A stretch of DNA of 64,000 nt from the human T2T-CHM13v2.0 reference genome, Homo sapiens, in the NCBI RefSeq assembly GCF_009914755.1, contig NC_060937.1, one strand, 5' to 3'. How positions within the stretch are numbered: position 1 is the first letter of the stretch; every line of letters begins with the position of its first letter. Below the pieces are notes generated by a model. It made no database searches, was not told the origin of the DNA, and saw nothing but the letters and a program-made list of their open reading frames with translations. Positions 55,638 to 64,000 of this stretch are shown here, one piece after another. Made by a program: the position numbers and the translations under genes.

Positions 55638-56556
55638 AAAATTTAAGTTTTTGAGGTGAATACAACTCTTTATTTTTCTTTTCACTTGACATAACTGCCT
55701 GATGCTTAATAATGTGTCTTTTGCACAATACACCACAAAATTATGGTCAGTTATTTTAAGATCCAACCTTTGAAACAGAAATGTTGACTTTTCTATTTTC
55801 TCTTGGAAATCATCAGAAATTTCATAGTATTTTAATGTTATTGCTTTGAATTAAAATTATTAAATCACTATTAGTTAAGAATGAAAAATGATTGCTGAGT
55901 CCCCAACTGTTCCATAACTTAACCTACTACCATAATTATCTTGGTAGTGTAGAGTAGGATTTGCCTCTAGGGGATGCCAAAGTCTATGTAAATTTTATCT
56001 CATATAATATAAATGAAAACATACCTTTATTAATGGACAAACACCCAATGAACATGATTTTACAGACAACAAATTCTGAATATTCCAGAGGTAGCCTTCT
56101 ATAGCTGAGTAAATGTTGTACCTTTTTTACGGGAGTTGTCCAGCTCCCTGTAGTCCATAGAATACATCTCACTTAGTCCTGGCCCCATGCCCAAAGGAAT
56201 TTATTTTTTCTTAGCAAAACATGTAGGCATTTCCTTTGTCAGAGAATAAACCATATCAGTGGCTTTACGATTGGAAGAAAATGAGATGAGATAATCAAGG
56301 ATTCAGTATAATGTAGGAACCTGCTCACGGAGCCTACACACAATCAATTTAACACTTATGACATCATGTTGGAAGCTTGAACTTTGTTTCCTTCAAATTA
56401 GGACTTTGTTTTTCAGATCTGGTTGTTAAACATTTACCAGCCTACTTCAAATCAAAGTACAGTACTTGAAAACTACATGAAGAAAATAATAAAATCTACA
56501 TGTTTTACTGTTTTATAGTCTGTGAATATTGTCTAATTAATTTCAGATATTCATAG

Positions 56557-56862
<306 letters not shown>

Positions 56863-57035
56863 AGCATCAAATATCTTTTAAAGAAATTTCACAAGACATT
56901 ACTGATATATATAATTTGTTGACTATGATTTACATTATAAATAGTAAAAACAAAAAAAATTGAAACAATGCATGAAGTCTTTTTTTTCTAAAAACTATTT
57001 TTATTATTTTATTAATATCTATTTTAATATATCTA

Positions 57036-57362
<327 letters not shown>

Positions 57363-58149
57363 TTACTTAAGAATCAAATAATATTTTACTGTCCTTGTTC
57401 CAAAAATAGAATTAGTATATGATTATCTGTGTGGGGAATGAAAGCATGAAAGTAAGTGAAAAATAACACAAACTCAAGAAGAAATTGAAAGAAACTGAGA
57501 ATAATGAATTGTTAGTTATTTTATGTTCTGGTTACTATATCTTATGTTCAGTGACCCTAACAGTCCAGAGAGGAATCCTGAGCAAATAGCCTGAAGAAAT
57601 TGTAATAAACCAAATTCTGATTAAAAAGCCAAAAATGTATTCAATTAGATGAATTTAAAAAAGTGTTTCTGGTTGTTACTTTTGCTAAATGAAAATAATA
57701 ATAATCATTATTATTCATATAATTTTGATGTACATATTATCTCTGAAAAAAATTACCAAAGAAATAAGAGGTTTACTCAACAATATTAAAGTGAAATGTA
57801 TGATATCCCCCATTATTCTGCTTTAACCTTTAATTTTTGAATTCTAACATCCCAGAGTATATCTTTGAGGCAGTGAAGTTACATCTACTTAGATGTATTC
57901 TGTACCTCTAAAAAATATTTAGCACCATTTTGTTTATAGAAATTATCATTACATAGAGAAAAATGTGAATACTAGTGATCAAATTTATTTAAACTTTTCT
58001 AATTTAGAGTGATTAGAATATAAAGCTAGAGGCAAAATTTGAATCACTGCAACACATAGTGCCTTAATAAATGAGACCTACAGAACCTCTATAAATCTTT
58101 TCCATAAGCATTAGGGATTTAACTTCTCAAGTTTGATAGTTTGAAGAAA

Positions 58150-58590
58150 CAATTTTATTTTATCACCATTCTTTATCTTCACCCCAGTTGCTCTCCTACA
58201 CTGAACCTTGGCTAAATCACAGTGCTTGCTTTGACCAAATGAATGTGGGCTGTTGACTCAAGCAGAACCTCAAAAACTCAGTTGTCTATTTCCACTTTCT
58301 CACTACTACCTTTACCACTGCCTCAGAGCATTCTTCCGTTAGCTTGCTATAGGTGGGAGATATGTTATGCAGATTTAATTTCTACCAGTCATCCCATTGG
58401 AGGCCAATAGCCATCTGATGACAGACGTGTGCACGAGCACAGTGTAGACCAGAACAACAAAGAAAAAACAACTCTAAATCACCAACCAACAATTCTGTGC
58501 ACCTAATAAATACTTACCAATTTTTTCACTGGTGCAGGGTTAGCTACACGACATGATTGTTGCAATAAAGACAATGAACAACTGATAAAC
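58150..58590 (+). mobile_element. Old MaLR LTR (MLT1G/H-like)
   Basis: cttgctttgaccaaatgaatgtggg...cacagtgtagaccagaac...taataaatactt. Confidence 0.5.
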
Positions 58591-59678
58591 CAAGTTATTT
58601 ATCTTCCTTCTCTGTAAAAAGTCTAGAATATTTTTAAAAACTAGGCAAGGCATTTTCACTGAAACAATGAAATATTATGTTTTGTTTTGTACATTTAGAG
58701 CATTAATAAAATAAATCTACTTACAGATATACATTACATAAATACATTTTATTAAATTATTTTAAAAATATGATTAAGAGCTTTCATTATAATTCTGTTT
58801 AAAATATTAATAAGCTTAGTTTTATGTGAAAAAATCATGTAAACATAATCATACTATTACTAAATAATGAAATTTTAGTATAGGTATATTAATTACATTA
58901 GATTGAAGACAAGATGGTATCTATTTTTAATTGCTTGCATATGACAGGAATGAAATGAAACTAAATTATAGCCAAAGTAAAAAAAAAATACATCTGAATC
59001 ATGCTGCTTATTTGTACCAAACCAAGGAAAAATTCTGACTAATATAATCTGAAAGATGATCTTCAAGCTCATTTAGCAGAAATCAGACAATTAAAAGGAG
59101 TCAGTGTAATTATAGAAAACTGAATTATTATAGACTAGCTTCATTTTTCTCTAGTAAAGGCAGTAAATTATTAGTATAACAGTGATAATACAACCTCTTT
59201 GGCTGGCTTCATGTTTTGCTGCTTTCTTCTACAACATCATCTAGTCTTGGGCTCCACAGTTCTTAAACCAATCCTGACCAAGATAGGCATTACCTTTGTT
59301 TGGTATACTTGCATATTAGGTTAAAACCCACATATTTCAGATCTTAGCATTAACCACAATCTTTGTGTTTCCAAGTCCACTTCACTGATAACATGTCCAA
59401 AAATTTGTTTTTCAAGCACCAAACCTACATAGAGTCTCCTATGCAGTGCAGAATAGAGTTCAGGTTTTCACCTAGGTACGTATGGGATTTCATTATATGA
59501 TGTTTCATTTCCATATATTACAAAAAAGAGGAATTAGTCATTTAGTGATATTCACATTGGGTTATTATCTGAGATAAATTTGGGTATATTCTCTATTTTT
59601 CCTTATTATTACTACCAGAACACAGCACTTTTTTATATAGGTATGTCTATTATTTTTAGATCTATATATACACCAAAA

Positions 59679-60068
59679 TGTATTAGTTTTCTAGAGATGT
59701 CACAACAAAGGAACAAAAACTAGATGGCTTAAATAATAGTTTATTCCCTCACAGTTCCGGAGGCTGGAAGTCCAAGATCGAGGTGTCAACAGGGTTGGCT
59801 TCTTCTGAGGCTTCCAACCTTGGCTGGTAGATGGCCATCTTCTGTGTCTTCACATAGCCTTCCCTTTGTGTACTCTCTGTGCCCTAATATTCTCTCATAA
59901 GGAAAACAGTTATATTGGCTCACGGCCTATGCATATCCATTTATTATACTTTAAACACTCCCTGACCCCCTTTAAAGGCCCTTTCTCCAAATGTAGTCAC
60001 ATTCTGAGGTACTGGTGGTCAGAACCTCAACCTATGAATTTTGAGGAGACATGATTTAGCAGATAACA
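59679..60068 (-). mobile_element. MLT1B-like MaLR solo LTR
   Basis: tgtattagttttc...tcacagttccggaggctggaagtccaagatcgagg...gtcacattctgaggtactgg...ataaca. Confidence 0.88.
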
Positions 60069-62921
60069 CTATAATAAGACACAGATACTCCTCAGGATGT
60101 CTGAGGTCAATCATAATATCACAAATTAAAGTTATGCCATCATAATGAACAAAAAATACCTAGAATCTTTAACAAAATTAGACATTTTTAACTTAAAATA
60201 AATTTAAAAAAACTCTCCATGGCACAATTTAGCAAAGTGGATAACACATGAAGATTCAGATAGACAATTGCAGTACATGTACCTTAAAATAGATTAATAA
60301 TTACTCCTCTTTAAAGCTTTTAAGATTAAGATGAAGAAAACAAAGATTCTTGTACAAAGAATCCGATGGAGATGGAATAGAGAGGAAACAAACAAGGAAA
60401 ATAAACATATTCAAATAATTCCATTCTTGACAAGTCCTGCCTGCTGGAACTTGGTGTATCTCTTAGATACTGTATCTAATGCTATCAGGAGTCTCTACAT
60501 TAATCTTAGCTTCTCCAGTCAGGTTAGATTTTTTTCTCCAACAACGTTTCATTCTGTAGAGAGATGAGATGCTGACTTCCTTTTTCCATCTTGTCCTGAG
60601 GGTTCAAACTTCTGTAGCCTTTCTCCTGCCATCCTCAAAGTGACTGATAGTGCTATCAGAGGAGGAAAGCCCCAGTTGGCAGGAGGTTACTCTACCACAT
60701 TTCCGGAAGATGGGAACTCCATACCTGTTGCCATTACTCTTGCCCTCTCAGTTGTCTGTAATAGTGTCACTGGCCTGTGTGAATATACCAAGAAGAGAGC
60801 AAAGGGAGTATTGGAGTTCTCAACTTACTCCAAGATACCCGCACATCTCTAGGATATAGGCAGTCCTGTGAGGAGTGTGTCCCCCAAACAGCTGTGAGCT
60901 ATCATGTTTTTACCAATTTGGAGAAACTGACTTGTAATTTTGTTGAGGCAGACTCACATATCCATGGTCACAATGTTGAAAGATGGAACTGAGTTACTTT
61001 GCTAGTGAGTGTCTTACAGTCCCTTTACATGCATTTTTCTCCATCACTTTATCCTTCTTAATGATGTAAATACTTTTAATTTCCACAAAACCCTATGAGC
61101 TGGGAAAATGATTATATTCTTGTTTTGGCATATGCAAAATCTCAGGTTCTGTCACTTAACATGAATAAGAACTGGGCTGCTATTCTGCGACATGTAATTA
61201 TGCCCCTGTGAAGATGTTGCCCAAATTATTCTATGCCCCAGTTATACTGATAGATCATATTAATCTAAGAACTGTTGATATGCCTTTTAGGACTTGATTT
61301 TAGAGAATTTTCACCCTGCCTAAGTGTAGGATTTACATACTAACATCCAACAACATACTTAAAGTTTTTTTTTTCCAAATTTCTTATTTGGGAGATATCC
61401 CAAATTCAAGATTATCTTGAATTATAGTCAGTTTTCTTCATAAATGCTGTATTATTCTATTTATTCTTTAGTCTTTGTCACAATATTAAATATTTAATAT
61501 GATCCTTCTGTGCACCGGACAAATGTCACAACATTAACACAATTTTACAGAGAACACACAGTGTTCTAATTTTTATGATAAAAGACACCTTTCTTATCAA
61601 GAAAAGAATAATCAAATATAAAAGAGATGAATTTTGTTTAAAAATATTTAATTAAATATTAAAAATTAAATTAAAAGATGAGATAGAAAATACATTTTTG
61701 GATGTCATTTCAGGGTTACAACAGAAATACTAAAAGTAGAAGACTATTGACAGAATTCCAGCAAGAATTGGAATGGTTTAATTCCAAGTCCGTCACAGTT
61801 ATGACTCAGGCAGAAAAATTTTTATTTTTTAAAATCTACTTTGTGCAAATTGTTAGTGAATGTATTAGTTAATGACCTGAAGGCAAATCCCTAACAATGT
61901 GATTTTGTGCTAATTGTGTAGAAAAATATTTCTAGCTTTTAAAAATGCTACAGTCTGGGATGCTGTAGGGAATTCTTCTTCCCTGTTTGAGCTATTCAAT
62001 TCAACCTTCCTCAAGGGCACTGAATCATATTGAATGAGTCATCCCAAATTCACATCATATCTGAAATCAAGGAAAACTCTCAAGAGGCAATGCTAGGGAT
62101 TAAACACTCTCATTCTATTTATATTCAGTTGGTATTAAAATGAAAAATGAGTTATAAAATGAATTGGATTAATACTATGGATATCTTAATATCTCATTTT
62201 CATAATGCCTTATATTAGAATGCTGAAGTTTTAGATATAACAATCATGTTTTTGGCTTTATTTTCAGAAAAGCTCCTCATTTTAAATGTATCTTCTTTAA
62301 AATATTTCTTGACTATTAATTAAATGAAAAAATACTAGACATATTATTAAAATAAATGTATGTTTCATCAGTATGCTTATTAAAGGGAAACCAGTGTCTT
62401 AACAGCCTTAGGCTAAAAATTATTAAATTAAGGACTGTTAAAGCATGAAGCTGTAAAATGTATATATGTAAATTTCAAATGGTTGCAGGCACATCTGCTA
62501 TTGACTTTAGTATTATAGGAGCTTATTTTGAAAATACTGAATCTTTCAATTTTTAGCAGAAAATAGATGAAAGAAATTGATATATTAAATGTATGCATAA
62601 TTTTATTTTTGATTAACAAAATATTAATGTTCCAAACAATAAAGATACATGTTTGTAAGTTAATATTTCTTGCATTTTCAACTTCTCTGTTATTTTTGTT
62701 GCATTTTTTTCACATGAGGCGAATTTCTACTTTCCCCCCACCCACAAAACCCATGGCAGTTTCTCTAGTGTACCTAATGCATACCTTCAGTGCATCTAAA
62801 TTAGGCTGATTTAGGTATAACTGTATCTTAAAAAATATATATATTTGATTTAAGTATGAGTTTTCATTTTCATAAGCAGAATTGTCCTATAAATTGTATT
62901 GTTTAAAATTTAACATTGGAG

Positions 62922-63209
62922 GGCTGGGCGCAGTGGCTCACGTCTGTAATCCCAGCACTTTGGGAGGCCGAGGCGGGCAGATCACGAGGTCGGGAGATCG
63001 AGACCATCCTGGCTAACATGGTGAAACCCGGTCTCTACTAAAAAATACAAAAAAAAAAAAGTTAGCCGGGCGTGGTGGCGGGCGCCTGTTGTCCCAGCTA
63101 CTTGGAGGCTGAGGCAGGAGAATGGCGTGAACCCGGGAGGCGGAGCTTACAGTAAGCAGAAATCGCGCCTGGGTGACTGAGCTAGACTCCGTCTCAAAAA
63201 AAAAAAAAA
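62922..63209 (+). mobile_element. AluY with an internal ~14-bp deletion in the right arm
   Basis: Y-diagnostic gagatcgagaccatcctggctaac and gaatggcgtgaacccggg; CpG-rich; TSD aaaatttaaca(t/c)tggag. Confidence 0.97.
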
Positions 63210-63340
63210 AAAATTTAACACTGGAGTTCTTAGATATACCCATGTTCCTATAGTAAATATAACTCATTATATTAGAGGCATGCCATTTATCACATGTTAT
63301 CATACATATGTGTGTGTGCATGTGTACTTATGTTAACTTA

Positions 63341-63369
63341 TGTGTGTGTGTGTATATATACATATATAT

Positions 63370-63412
<43 letters not shown>
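63341..63412. repeat. Compound microsatellite (TG)n(TA)n(CA)n
   Basis: Read directly from the sequence. Confidence 0.95.
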
Positions 63413-63413
<1 letters not shown>

Positions 63414-63830
63414 CACAGTTATAAATCTATTCCTCCAGTGGCAGACTTGTAGATTGCCTATACTTCTTGGCTACCAAGGATTACAACCCGTGATGAATGC
63501 CTTTATCAGTATCTCCTTGCAGACTTGTGGGAAAGGTTTGGCGAGGATCTATATTTTGCTGTGCGAATGACTACTGGACATGGGAAATTTGCATATATGT
63601 TTTTACCAGATATTAACAAATAACCTAATGTCTGCACATTTACATTCCCACTAGCAAAATTGAAGTTTTCAATTTCTCTATATTCTTATATTTCATAGCG
63701 TTCTGACTTTAAATTTTCATCAATCTGCTACTTGCAAAAGGGTATGCTTTTTTGTATTAATATGCATTTTCATTTTTATCATTGAGGCTGTTCTTGCAAA
63801 CATTAGCTATATATGTATATACTTCCTCAA
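63413..63830 (-). mobile_element. L1ME fragment
   Basis: tttacattcccactagcaa, taaattttcatcaatctg, tatgcattttc...attgaggctg. Confidence 0.55.
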
Positions 63831-63831
63831 A

Positions 63832-64000
63832 GACAGTATAGCAAAGGAGTAAAAAGCACTGATTATGGACAGAAACAGTTTAGGGGAAAATCTTGCCTCC
63901 TAACTACTTAAAGAAAAATAAACAAATTTGGGTACCTTATTTAACTCTCTGTGCCTCCGTCTATACATCTATAAAATAAACATAATAATGTCTACTTCAT
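63832..64000 (+). mobile_element. MIR SINE (truncated by the window edge)
   Basis: cagtatagca...aaagcactg...ttatttaactctctgtgcctc...catctataaaat. Confidence 0.65.

Overview
AT-rich, CpG-depleted catarrhine primate (probably human or great-ape) intergenic or deep-intronic DNA, with roughly half the sequence made of transposable-element relics. I find no intact protein-coding gene, RNA gene, CRISPR array or prokaryotic system. Main contents: a full-length but decayed L1PB1-type LINE (11113-18376) that splits a MER57 LTR and itself carries a solo HERV-H LTR7 and an Alu; an ERV1 relic with a tRNA-His primer-binding site (2692-~6925); a cluster of ERV1 LTRs in the first 20 kb; a full-length HSMAR2 mariner nested in a Tigger3 element (43014-44855); a young LTR6 solo LTR; two truncated L1PA copies; nine Alus, including a closely spaced inverted pair; and MaLR, MER, L2 and MIR fragments. 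The least explained signal is an 843-bp stop-free antisense frame in the L1PB 5' UTR. All repeat family names come from my recollection of consensus sequences, not from a database search, so subfamily calls and the boundaries of old elements are approximate. I do not see convincing evidence for a new biological system.
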